NCBI GenBank assembly: GCA_031416315.1 | Contig: JANOTL010000037.1 | Span: forward strand, 1 to 34,118 | From: Pseudomonadota bacterium | GTDB taxonomy: Bacteria > Bdellovibrionota_B > Oligoflexia > Oligoflexales > CAIYRB01 | Length of the DNA stretch: 34,118 nt | Direction: 5' to 3' | Part shown: in pieces, positions 1 to 8,991 of the stretch | Numbering within the stretch: the stretch's first letter is position 1 | Layout of the letters: each line of letters starts with the position of its first letter | The notes under the pieces: generated by a model | Told to the model about the DNA's origin: nothing | Database searches by the model: none | Seen by the model: only the letters and a program-made list of their open reading frames with translations | Position numbers and translations under genes: made by a program

Positions 1-266
1 AGACGATGTCGGCGATGCGTCTCCTCTTCGACGCGCCTGCTGCCCCAGGTGATTCCGAAGCCGAGGCAGCGCCGCCAGCGAAAACGCGGCGCGAGCAGGC
101 AAACAAGCCGCGCCGGACGGAAATCTCGCCCGACATTCCTCACGAACCGGTGAAATACGTTCTGCCTGAAGCAGAGCGCCTGTGCAGCTGCGGCCACCCG
201 CTGCACGAGATCGGCCCCGAGTGCACCGAGCAGCTCGAGTACATCCCGGCCAAGATCGTCGTGCGA
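1..266 (+). pseudogene. IS66-family transposase (TnpC) fragment, truncated
   Basis: Frame of ORF 6..347 reads ...RRTEISPDIPHEPVKYVLPEAERLCSCGHPLHEIGPECTEQLEYIPAKIVVR, matching the IS66 linker/zinc-finger region. Similarity stops near 266, before the second Cys pair and the DDE domain. Confidence 0.8.
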
Positions 267-1065
267 GTAAGAGTATTGATGGCTCCTTCGCTGCAGCGAA
301 TTGCAGAAACGATCGCATCGCGGCAAGGCGTGCGTTTCGTGTTCTGATCGCATTGTGACGCATCCTCTCCAGGTAATCGAGGAAGGCCAGCATGTTGGGG
401 ACATTGATTTCGTCGAGTTCGACGTTGGCCGCCCGCTTTCGCTTCACGTCTGCAAAGAAGCGATAGAGAAGCCGAAAGGTATCGCGACAGGCCGATATTG
501 TGTGCGGGCTTACGTTTTGTTGATTCACGAGGCGCGACTTGTGAAACTTCGTTTCCCTGACAATCAGGACACCGTTTGCACGGTCGAAGTCTTCGCTCCC
601 AAGCTTTAGCGCCTCTGACACTCGCAGGCCGGTGCAGGCAAGAAGCGCCCGTAGCGTTTCAATTGTCGATCGTCGTATTGGTCCTGATGGAAAGATCTTG
701 CGTGCGCCAGCAAGAAGCGCGGCGATATCCTCCGCTGTGTAGATGTTCGGTGGCCTGCGTGCATGTGCTCGGCCGAGCATCAGACGGTTCGGAATCTCAG
801 TTCGCGAATCAAATAACTTTCTATGCTTTGCGAAGCAGCGGACGACCTCGAGCCGACGAGCACGGTACAAACGAGCCGCATGCGTCGGAAGTTGCGCCCA
901 CCGCAGCACGAGTTCGATCGTGAGCGGGCCGCAGTGTCCAGTGGCATCTGCGAATTTCGCGAAGCCGACCAGCATTTGAGCCTCCGTCCTGATCTGGTAT
1001 CCTAGCGACCTTTTGAAGGAAACGTAGTTTTCGACAAGCTCCATCATCGACACGTGGCGTTTCAT
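262..1065 (-). pseudogene. RIT element recombinases B and C, fused in frame and truncated (RitB N-terminal ~180 aa + RitC N-terminal ~88 aa)
   Basis: Hand translation from ATG 1065 (ATGA overlap with upstream stop, GAGGAGG RBS): MKRHVSMMELVENYVSFKRSLGYQ...LLACTGLRVSEALKL...VRETKFHKSRLV, then NQQNVSPHTISACRDTFRLL...LAFLDYLERMRHNAIRTRNARLAAMRSFLQF. The frame has no stop before base 1, so the ORF track lacks it. Confidence 0.85.
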
Positions 1066-2022
1066 AACGCGTTCCTCCTCGGCCACGGGAGAGCCACTCT
1101 CCGCAGCGTTGCCGAGTCCAGTTTTGTATAGATTGCGGCCGTGTCGATCGATGCGTGCCCGAGTACATCGGCGTCTCCCTTGAGGCTCACGCCAGAGTTG
1201 TGCAGTCGCGAGGCTGTGGTACGGCGTAGGATGTGGGTCCCGGTCCAGTCCTCTGCGCCACCGACAGCGGCATATGCGCGCCGCGCGATTCCGCGGAGAA
1301 GCATGACGCCGGCCGGTGTGCCGCACGGAGGGCCGTAGCGAAGGAATACCCGACGACTTCGAGACTTCGGCCGTTCTTTCGCGAGGTAGTTGACGAGCGC
1401 AGATCTGAGCTTCGCCAGCAAAGGCAGCTCGCGCGCCCTTTGGCACTTGCCGCCGCGAATTGTCACGGTCGATCTCCTCCAGTCAATGTCGTCGAGGCTC
1501 AAGGCTGCGACCTCGCCTACTCGCAGACCGAGTTCGAGCATGCACAGCCCGGCTGCGAGATCGCGACGGCCCGACTTGGCATTGTTTCGCAAAGCGGCCG
1601 CGAATTGGACGATCTGAGCTTCGTTCATGACTTGCGGCAGACCAGCGAGACGCCACTGCGCCAAATGGGGCACGGCGGCGGCGATGTCCTTCTTGCTGCG
1701 GCCACTCATCCGGAGGAAGCGAAGGAAGCCGCGAAGCGCGACCGTGACTGCCGCAGCGGTACCGGCACTGCAGCGTTTACCATATGCGCTCACGAATGCG
1801 ACGACGTGTTCGCGACGAATCGACGCTAGACTGCGACTTCCCTGTTGAGATGCGTAGTCGAGGAATTCCTCGATAAAGCGTGCTCGTGGTGAGTAGGTCG
1901 CTTCCGCTAGTCCACCGACCTTGCGTAGATGCTCGACGTATTGCCTGACGACCGGACGTCGAATGTGTCGCGCAAGAGCCTTGCGAAAGATGGGCGGCTG
2001 ACCGAGACTTCTTCGAAGAACT
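1062..2022 (-). pseudogene. RIT element recombinase A (tyrosine recombinase), 5'-truncated
   Basis: Motifs LGLRVGEV, HILR, LGH, IY and the RitA-type tail LRRVALPWP. Homology continues upstream of the track start (QYVEHLRKVGGLAEAT...FIEEFL) to an in-frame TGA near 2023-2025, with no standard start codon upstream of 1793. Confidence 0.8.
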
Positions 2023-2145
2023 CATGACGTTCCTCGGGAGAGAGGTCGAAGTGGCCTCATAACACAGGCTCTGACGAGCCGAGCTCCTCAGAGGCTTCTT
2101 GTATGGCTGCGAAGCCTGAAATTCGATGTGTGATGCTCGTTCAAA

Positions 2146-3018
2146 ATGGATGAATTCGGCGCGCATCACGTCGACGCATGGCTTCTGTGGCTAAAGCAGC
2201 TGCCAACGGCTTCAAGCTACCGGCGAAAAAGCTTCGAGCATGAATTGGACCTTCGGTCCGTCGTGCTCAACTGGTACCGGAACGAGCTGAATGCCGCTTT
2301 TGCGGTGCCGATCGTCAAGCGACATCGCAAGAAGTCCGCACACAAAGCCGTCATTCCGCGGCGACCCGACTACTCCATGCGCATCGAGGACATTGCGGCT
2401 TGGCTCGCAGCGCTAAAGTCGCAGACGACCCCGGTTTACTATGACCTAGCCTTATTCATGATGTTGACAGGAGCGCGCCTTGGCGAGGCGACAGCGATGC
2501 AGTGGGACTGCATTGATCTGAACGAACGAATCGCATGGGTGAGGCGGACAGTCGCGTGGGACCACCACACTCGCGATCCTTACATTCAGGACGAGGCAAA
2601 AAACACTGAGTCGATCAGAGCGCTGAAGTTGGCTCCCCAGCTCGTCGAGCACCTGTGGAACGTCCGGGGAAGGTCTGTAGGCGCGTTGGCCTTCGGCACC
2701 CCTACCGGTGGGCCACTTCGGGACAACGCGATCAGGGAGGCATTTAACCGGGCTTCAAAGACGGCCGAGCTTCCGTGGACCGGAACGAGGATCACCAGGC
2801 ACACCTGGGCGACCCTCGCGCTGGTAGCCAATAACAGCAACATCGGCGCCGTGCAGGCAAACATGGGTCACGGGCATCGCACGACAACGGAGCTGTACGC
2901 AAAGCCGGCAGCAGCATTGACGAGTGAAACGGTCGACAAGGCCGCGCTGCTGATCCTGCAGGGGCATCACGTCAGAAATCACGCTACGATCGATTGCGAG
3001 AGCGAGATTTTAAACTGA
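2146..3018 (+). CDS. Phage-type tyrosine integrase, probably N-terminally truncated/degenerate
   Basis: LTGARLGEA, TRITRHT, MGH and LYAK motifs; adjacent to the tRNA 3' end. In-frame TGA at 2131-2133 just upstream; the HxxR histidine is replaced by Arg. Confidence 0.8.
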   Translation: MDEFGAHHVDAWLLWLKQLPTASSYRRKSFEHELDLRSVVLNWYRNELNAAFAVPIVKRHRKKSAHKAVIPRRPDYSMRIEDIAAWLAALKSQTTPVYYDLALFMMLTGARLGEATAMQWDCIDLNERIAWVRRTVAWDHHTRDPYIQDEAKNTESIRALKLAPQLVEHLWNVRGRSVGALAFGTPTGGPLRDNAIREAFNRASKTAELPWTGTRITRHTWATLALVANNSNIGAVQANMGHGHRTTTELYAKPAAALTSETVDKAALLILQGHHVRNHATIDCESEILN

Positions 3019-3040
3019 TTACAGGCAGATAGAGGAAGTC

Positions 3041-3116
3041 TGGTGGAGGATAGGAGGGTCGAACTCCTGACCTCTAGAATGCAAATCTAGCGCTCTACCA
3101 ACTGAGCTAATCCCCC
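3041..3116 (-). tRNA. tRNA-Ala (anticodon TGC)
   Basis: 76-nt cloverleaf GGGGGATTAGCTCAGTTGGTAGAGCG-CTAGA-TTTGCAT-TCTAG-AGGTC-AGGAG-TTCGACC-CTCCT-ATCCTCC-A-CCA; G3:U70 Ala identity pair; encoded CCA. Confidence 0.97.
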
Positions 3117-3153
3117 AGGAGGCGACCACTATGCCGCAGAGGCCGGGGAGTGT

Positions 3154-3879
3154 CTAGGGGATCTGCAAGTTGAACTTGATCTCCGACCAGCCCTCCAACC
3201 CCTGCCCCGACTTATCCTTCCGCGGCACGAACTTCGCCTCCCGCGCCGCCGCCAGAATCCGCGCATCCATCCCGTAGCCGACCCGCCCCTTCCGGAGCTC
3301 CGCCTCGATCACGGTCCCCGTCTTGCTCACGAGCACGTCGACCACGACGTACCCCTCGAAATTCGCGTCCAAAGCCGCATCCGTGTATTCCGGCGTCCGC
3401 ACCGAGCTCCGCACGAGCTGCGCGTCCGCGCTCAGATCGACGCCGTCGGGAATGGGCGGCGCCTCCTGCACACGGATTCCCTTGTCCTCGGCCATCGTCG
3501 TGTTCCCGATCGGCGCGGCGAAGTTGCCTTTGCCGCCTGCCGCGAACGAGTTCTTGTCGAGCCCGAGGATCGGCTCCGGCGGTTTCGCCGCCGGGTTCTC
3601 GGGCGCCGGCTTCGGCCGATCCGTCTGCGGCTTCGGCTTCTCCTTCGGCTTCGGTTTTTCCTTCGGCGGCGGCGGCGGCGGCGGCGGAGGTGGAGGCGGC
3701 GGAGGCTCTTCCACCTTCGGCTGCACTTTTTTCTCGACGACGCGGATGGTCACGTTCTCGCGATCCTTGTTCAGATCGCGTAAAATTCGGCTGCTCAACA
3801 CATCCAGTCCCAACGCATGCGCGCCGAGCGCAGCCAGCAGCAAGATCACCCAAAGCCATGGAGACGAGAGGTGCCGCAT
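3154..3879 (-). CDS. tonB: Energy transducer TonB family protein
   Basis: N-terminal TM helix with His (LGAHALGL), 14-Pro run plus KP repeats, TonB C-terminal domain (PEYTDAALDANFEGYVVVDVLVSKTGTV...AAREAKFVP). Start moved to ATG 3879 because the longer ORF overlaps the divergent gene. Confidence 0.9.
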   Translation of the reverse strand: MRHLSSPWLWVILLLAALGAHALGLDVLSSRILRDLNKDRENVTIRVVEKKVQPKVEEPPPPPPPPPPPPPPKEKPKPKEKPKPQTDRPKPAPENPAAKPPEPILGLDKNSFAAGGKGNFAAPIGNTTMAEDKGIRVQEAPPIPDGVDLSADAQLVRSSVRTPEYTDAALDANFEGYVVVDVLVSKTGTVIEAELRKGRVGYGMDARILAAAREAKFVPRKDKSGQGLEGWSEIKFNLQIP

Positions 3880-3946
3880 CGAAGCTCGATTGTCCTCGTT
3901 GGGGAAAACACGTAGCATGGCCGCAAAGTAGCCGTAGGTTACCACG

Positions 3947-4786
3947 ATGTTGACGCTCTTCGCCCTCGCTCTCGCCGTCCAGGTCGTCGACAAAGATCCT
4001 CAGGGTTGCGTCTTCGTCAAAGACTTCGAGGGCAAAGCAGACAGATGGACGCAGCAAGAGCTGAAGGCGCAAACCGCCAAGCTCGGCGGCGACACGCTGC
4101 TCGTCTCCGGCGCGGTCGCGAAAGCTTTCAAATGCGCCGGCGCCGCACCAAATGCCGTCACCGCGAGATCTGCGCCCGCCGCGGGCGCCCCGGCGATCCC
4201 GCAGCTCTCCGCCGAGCTCCGCCGCGACAAGCGCTTTCGCGTCACCGGCGAGATCGGCACGGCCGTGGCGCCCGTGCTCACGGGCGGCGTCACCCTCGGC
4301 TGGTTCCGCGGCCCCGACCAGCTCCTCGAGCTCAACGTCGCCGCCGGCTCCGAGGACGAGGACGACGGCGCTTACGGCAGCGCGAAAAGGGACGAGACCG
4401 AGGCCAGCCTCGTCGTCATCCGCTGGAAACGCATCTGGAACAACTCCTTCCACACGAATCTCGGCACCGGCGAGCGCTCGATGAAGGGCACACGCCACTT
4501 CTCGACCTACGAGTTCTCCGGCGTCAACAAAGAGACGACCTACGAGATCGACGACTCGCGCCTGGTGTTCGACGTCTCGATCGGCAACGGCTGGCAATAC
4601 GACGCCTTCACCATCGGCGTCGATTGGATCGGGATCTCGGTCCCGCTCGCTCAGCTGAAGCGAGACGAGACCTACTCGGATCCCGCGATCAAGACGAAGT
4701 CCAACACGAAAATCGAGGAGCTGCGCAAGGACACCAAGACGGTCACCGCGCAGGCCCTCCGCCTCTCACTGGGTGCTTCCTTCTGA
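3947..4786 (+). CDS. Exported protein: small Cys-pair domain (DUF4156-like) + C-terminal outer-membrane beta-barrel
   Basis: Hydrophobic N-terminus; GCVFV...ELKAQTAKLGGDTLLV...AFKC; Ala/Pro linker; amphipathic strands ending LRLSLGASF; TGATG coupling to next gene. Confidence 0.65.
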   Translation: MLTLFALALAVQVVDKDPQGCVFVKDFEGKADRWTQQELKAQTAKLGGDTLLVSGAVAKAFKCAGAAPNAVTARSAPAAGAPAIPQLSAELRRDKRFRVTGEIGTAVAPVLTGGVTLGWFRGPDQLLELNVAAGSEDEDDGAYGSAKRDETEASLVVIRWKRIWNNSFHTNLGTGERSMKGTRHFSTYEFSGVNKETTYEIDDSRLVFDVSIGNGWQYDAFTIGVDWIGISVPLAQLKRDETYSDPAIKTKSNTKIEELRKDTKTVTAQALRLSLGASF

Positions 4787-6993
4787 TGCTGTCGAAACTC
4801 TTTGCCGTCCTCCTTGCCCTCGCCTTCGCCTCCCCCGCCTTCGCGCAAGAGTTAACGCTCAAGGTACTCGCGAAGGGCAGCGGCATCCCCGTCTCTCGCG
4901 TGGAGATCAAGATCCCAGGCGCGTCCGGGGAGAAGCTCTACACCGACAAAGCCGGCCAGGCGAAGATCACCGTCCCCGCCGCGGGCGACGGCGAGATCGA
5001 GCTCTATCGTCATTCCTACGAAACGCTGAAGATCCCTATCGCGGACCTCCGCGGCAAAGCGGAGTTCGAGGCCTACGTCTACCCCGCCTCGCCCTCGGAC
5101 AACGAGGTCCTGATCCGCGGCGCCAAGCGCCCCGAAACCTCGCGCAAGACGATCTCGGTGCAAGAGGCCGCGAAAGTCGCCCCCGGCGGCGATCCCGCCC
5201 AGGTGCCGAAGCTCCTTCCCGGCGTCCAGTCGAACTCGTTTCAGCCCGACATCATCGTGCGCGGCTCTGGCCCGAACGACTCGCGCTACCTGATCGACGA
5301 ATGGTCGGTGCCGATCATTTTCCACAGCGTCGGCGGCATCTCCATCCTGCCGGACCAGCTGCTCTCCGACGTCGAGTTCTCCAGCGGCGGCTTCGGCGCG
5401 CAGTACGGCAACGCCACCGGCGGCGTCGTCGCGCTCCGGACCAAGAACGAGGTGCCGGAGCAGCCGAAGCTGGAGTTCCGCGTCAACGTGCCGATCTACT
5501 CCGGTCTTTACTACGAGCGACCCCTCGACGAGAAATCCTTCATCGCGGCCTCGGCCCGCCGCAGCTACATCGAGAAAATCCTGCCGTTCGTGTTGAAGGC
5601 CGCGGGCGCCGAAGACAGCCTGACCGTGACCCCTCTCTTTGGCGACGAGCACCTCTACTACTTTCAGGGCCGCGACGACGGTCACCTCAAAGTCCTCGGC
5701 ATGCACGCATACGACGGCTTGCGCGCGGTCTTCGACAGCGAGTTCTCCGACGACGAAGACGGCCGCGCGCGGTTCAGCATCCTGGACCGCGTCTGCCTCA
5801 TCGGGGCGGAGTACCGCAAAGTGCTCGACAAGGACTGGAGCGTCACCGTCTCGCCTTACGTCAACGACGTTCAACGCAAGATCGACATCACCCAAAATCG
5901 CATCCACATCGGCGCCCGCAGCGCGGTCGTCGTCGCAGAATTGACGCGCCGCCTCTCCAAGAGCGAGCGCCTCTTTCTCGGCACCGAGCTGGGCTACATC
6001 CGCGGCACCGCCGACGTCTACGCCCCACAACCCGACTTCAGCGATCCGTTCTTCGATTTCGAGGAGGCGCCGAAGATCAAGACGCGGGTCACGCGCGACT
6101 ATCGCAACATCGCCGCCTGGATCAGCCTGGATCAGGAGCTCGGGCCGGTGACCCTGACGCCCGGCGTACGCGCGTTCCACACGACGCAGATGGAACGCTC
6201 CGGCGCCGACCCGCGCCTCGCGGCGCGCTTCACGATCGACGCCAACAACACGCTGAAATCCGCCGTCGGCCAGTACTCGCAGTTGCCCGAGCCACGCGAC
6301 ACGAATCCCGACTTCGGCAACCCGAAGCTGAAGTTCATCCGCTCGAACCACTACATCCTCGGGGTCGAGACGAAATGGGGCGACCGGTGGCTCACCGAGT
6401 TCCAAACCTTCTACAAGCGGACCTTCGCGCTCGTCCGCACCGATCCCAAGACCAAAACGGACAACGACGGCGACCTGCTCGCCGCGGGCTTCGAGGCCTT
6501 CGTCCGCCGGAACCTCACGGAGCAGCTCTTTGGCTGGCTTTCCTACACGTATTCGCGCAACAAAGAGCGCGACAGCGACCAGGAGACCTACGCCAATTCG
6601 CAGTACGACCAGACTCATGTGCTGAATCTAGCCGGCAACTATAAACTGAGCGCAGTTTGGGACTTCGGCGGCCGCCTCGTGTACCACACGGGCGACACTT
6701 ACACGAAGGTCGACGACGCGGTTTACAACGCCAATCTCGACAAATACCAGCCGCGCACGGCGCCTGAATCCCGCAATTTCAACGGTCGCTTGCCGAGCTA
6801 TCACGAGCTCGACCTCTACACGAGCTACGACTTCCTTTATGACAGCTGGAAGCTCACCGCACGCACGGGAGTCGAGTTCATCGCCGTCAAGCAGCAGGCC
6901 GTCGGCATCCAAAACAACTACGATTTCTCGAAAGAAGAATATTTCGAGAACTTGCCGCCGATTCCTTACATCGAGCTTCGGGGGGTCCTGTGA
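4786..6993 (+). CDS. TonB-dependent outer-membrane receptor with N-terminal extension
   Basis: Signal peptide MLSKLFAVLLALAFASPAFA; plug motifs LLPGV, IIVRGSGPNDS and GGFGAQYGNATGGVV; barrel with DPRLAARF and YDQTHVLN; ends PYIELRGVL. Real start is ATG 4786, not 4006. Confidence 0.92.
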   Translation: MLSKLFAVLLALAFASPAFAQELTLKVLAKGSGIPVSRVEIKIPGASGEKLYTDKAGQAKITVPAAGDGEIELYRHSYETLKIPIADLRGKAEFEAYVYPASPSDNEVLIRGAKRPETSRKTISVQEAAKVAPGGDPAQVPKLLPGVQSNSFQPDIIVRGSGPNDSRYLIDEWSVPIIFHSVGGISILPDQLLSDVEFSSGGFGAQYGNATGGVVALRTKNEVPEQPKLEFRVNVPIYSGLYYERPLDEKSFIAASARRSYIEKILPFVLKAAGAEDSLTVTPLFGDEHLYYFQGRDDGHLKVLGMHAYDGLRAVFDSEFSDDEDGRARFSILDRVCLIGAEYRKVLDKDWSVTVSPYVNDVQRKIDITQNRIHIGARSAVVVAELTRRLSKSERLFLGTELGYIRGTADVYAPQPDFSDPFFDFEEAPKIKTRVTRDYRNIAAWISLDQELGPVTLTPGVRAFHTTQMERSGADPRLAARFTIDANNTLKSAVGQYSQLPEPRDTNPDFGNPKLKFIRSNHYILGVETKWGDRWLTEFQTFYKRTFALVRTDPKTKTDNDGDLLAAGFEAFVRRNLTEQLFGWLSYTYSRNKERDSDQETYANSQYDQTHVLNLAGNYKLSAVWDFGGRLVYHTGDTYTKVDDAVYNANLDKYQPRTAPESRNFNGRLPSYHELDLYTSYDFLYDSWKLTARTGVEFIAVKQQAVGIQNNYDFSKEEYFENLPPIPYIELRGVL

Positions 6994-7730
6994 GACGCGC
7001 CGCATCGTTTTTCGCCCTTTTGGCAGCTAGCACGTGGGCGGTTTCCTGCGACGACGCCGCCGACCGCTTCGAAGCGGTGAACAAGCTCCGCGCTCTCGGC
7101 GTCGCCGCCAACCCGGTCGTCGGCACCGCCGCCTCGACGGTGGCGCTCACGATCTACGCGGCCGTGCCGCTCGGACAGTCCGTCACCGTCGAGCCTTTCG
7201 TCGACGACGCCTCGAAGTTTGCGCCGCCGGTCACCCTCGCCGTCGAGCCTGGTAGCGAGGCGTACGAAGAGCACACGCAGTTCCGCATCTTCTCGCTGCG
7301 CGCCACCCTGACGGTCCCGCCGATCGTCCCCATTCCGCCGGCGCCGGGTTTTGCTCGCCTCCGTTACGGCATCACCTTTCGCGCCGGCGGCGAGGTCGAG
7401 AAGATCGTCGGCACCTTCCTCGTGTATCCGGCCGGCGATCCCGCGATCGCCCGCTTCGGCTCAGGCTTCGCGGTCGACATCACCGCGCCCACTCAGGGCG
7501 CTACGGTCTCCGACGATGAAGCGCCGATGATCGCGAGCATCCACAATCCCGCGGGCGAGAAGGTCCGCGTCGGCTGGTACGTCAGCAGCGGCAAGGTGAA
7601 GAACCGCCGCGCTCGCGCCACCAATTGGCTCACCAAGGACGTCAAGGGCTCGGAGACCGTGCTGCTCACCGCTCGCGGCCTTTCATCCGGCGCCTTCGCT
7701 CTGAAAGCCTACGATGTCAACGTCCCCTGA
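6990..7730 (+). CDS. Lipoprotein co-transcribed with the TBDR, function unknown
   Basis: GTGA overlap with receptor stop; signal with lipobox-like AVSC; beta-rich body. Confidence 0.75.
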   Translation: MRRAASFFALLAASTWAVSCDDAADRFEAVNKLRALGVAANPVVGTAASTVALTIYAAVPLGQSVTVEPFVDDASKFAPPVTLAVEPGSEAYEEHTQFRIFSLRATLTVPPIVPIPPAPGFARLRYGITFRAGGEVEKIVGTFLVYPAGDPAIARFGSGFAVDITAPTQGATVSDDEAPMIASIHNPAGEKVRVGWYVSSGKVKNRRARATNWLTKDVKGSETVLLTARGLSSGAFALKAYDVNVP

Positions 7731-8991
7731 GGCTCCTGACCGAGCGCTGCCCCGCGTCATCGTGATCGGCGGCGGCTTCGCCGGCCTGGCCGCGGCGAAG
7801 ATCCTGGCGCGCGAGCGCGTGCGCCTCACGGTCCTGGACAAGCGCAACCACCACGTTTTCCAGCCTCTGCTCTACCAAGTCGCGACGGCGGGCCTGTCGC
7901 CCGCCGACATCGCAATGCCGATCCGCGCCGTCCTGCGCAACATGCCCGACACCGAGGTGCTGATGGCGCGCGTGGAGCGCGTCGATACGGGTGGGAAACT
8001 CGTCCACTTGGATCGCGGCGAAAGCTTGCCTTACGATTACCTTCTGATCGCCACCGGCGCGCGCCACAGCTACTTCGGCAAGCCGGAGTGGGAGAAAGTC
8101 GCGCCGGGCTTGAAGAACCTCGAAGAAGCGACCGAGATCCGCAAACGCATCCTCACCGCTTTCGAGGAGGCGGAACGCGCCACCGATCCGGCGCGGCGCG
8201 AAGCCTGCCTCACGTTCGTGATCGTCGGCGGCGGCCCCACGGGGATCGAGATGGCCGGCGCGATCGCGGAGCTGGCGCGCAACGCGCTCGCCGCCGACTT
8301 CAACCGCATCAATCCGACGCTGGCCCGCGTGATCCTGGTCGAGGCCGGAGACCGCTTGCTCTCGGCGATGGCGCCGGTGCTAAGCGCCCGCGCGAAGCGC
8401 TCGCTGGAAAAGCTCGGCGTCACGGTGCGTCTAGGCGGCCGCGTCACCGATGTCACGCCCGAAGGCGTCGCGATCGGCGCGGAGTTCATCCCGGCCCGCA
8501 CGACCATCTGGGCCGCCGGCGTCGAGCCCTCGCCGCTGGCGAAGACCCTCGGCGTGCCGCTCGACAAATCCGGGCGGGTCATCGTCGAAGTGGACCTCAG
8601 CATCCCCGGCCATCCGGAGGTCTTCGTCGCCGGTGACCTCGCGCACGTCGTCTACAAAGGCGGCACGGTGCCCGGCATGGCTCCCGGCGCAATGCAGGAA
8701 GGCCGCGCCGCGGCACGCAACATCCTCCTGAAGCTCGGCGGCCGCCCCGCGCGCCCGTTCAAGTACGTCGACAAAGGCTCGCTCGCCACCATCGGCCGCG
8801 CTTCGGCCGTCGCCGAAGTGGGTCCGATCAAGATCAGCGGCGTCATCGCCTGGTACATGTGGCTCGTCGTCCACATCATGTACCTGATCGGCTTTCGCAA
8901 TCGGCTCTTAGTCCTGATTCAGTGGACCTGGTCCTACGTGACCTTCCAGCGCGGTACGCGGCTCATCACGGACGCCAGCGCTCCAAAGTGA
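7714..8991 (+). CDS. ndh: Type II NADH:quinone oxidoreductase
   Basis: IIGGGFAG, NHHVFQPLLYQVAT, IVGGGPTGIEMAG, WAAGV and YVDKGSLATIGR motifs. Confidence 0.93.
   Translation: MSTSPEAPDRALPRVIVIGGGFAGLAAAKILARERVRLTVLDKRNHHVFQPLLYQVATAGLSPADIAMPIRAVLRNMPDTEVLMARVERVDTGGKLVHLDRGESLPYDYLLIATGARHSYFGKPEWEKVAPGLKNLEEATEIRKRILTAFEEAERATDPARREACLTFVIVGGGPTGIEMAGAIAELARNALAADFNRINPTLARVILVEAGDRLLSAMAPVLSARAKRSLEKLGVTVRLGGRVTDVTPEGVAIGAEFIPARTTIWAAGVEPSPLAKTLGVPLDKSGRVIVEVDLSIPGHPEVFVAGDLAHVVYKGGTVPGMAPGAMQEGRAAARNILLKLGGRPARPFKYVDKGSLATIGRASAVAEVGPIKISGVIAWYMWLVVHIMYLIGFRNRLLVLIQWTWSYVTFQRGTRLITDASAPK

Larger units (their letters stand above)
1..3040. mobile_element. Decayed end of an integrative element/genomic island at tRNA-Ala (integrase + RIT remnant + IS66 remnant); left boundary outside window
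   Basis: Integrase stop codon (3018) lies 22 nt from the tRNA CCA end (3041). All other coding remnants here are recombinase or transposase fragments. Sequence looks less GC-rich by eye than the flanking core genes. Confidence 0.8.

Noticed and set aside
2055..2140. cataac as an integron attC inverse core or RIT terminal repeat
   Set aside because: No matching GTT core site or partner inverted repeat could be found.
3041..3116. tRNA-Cys (GCA) reading
   Set aside because: The 7-nt loop TTTGCAT centres on TGC, and G3:U70 with discriminator A indicates Ala.
3323..3931. Poly-Gly, GF-repeat protein on the + strand
   Set aside because: Antisense mirror of the TonB poly-Pro/KP tract.
4006..4785. 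260-aa Arg-rich N-terminal extension of the TBDR (995-aa ORF)
   Set aside because: Off-frame read-through of the 3947 gene; a clean signal peptide starts at ATG 4786.
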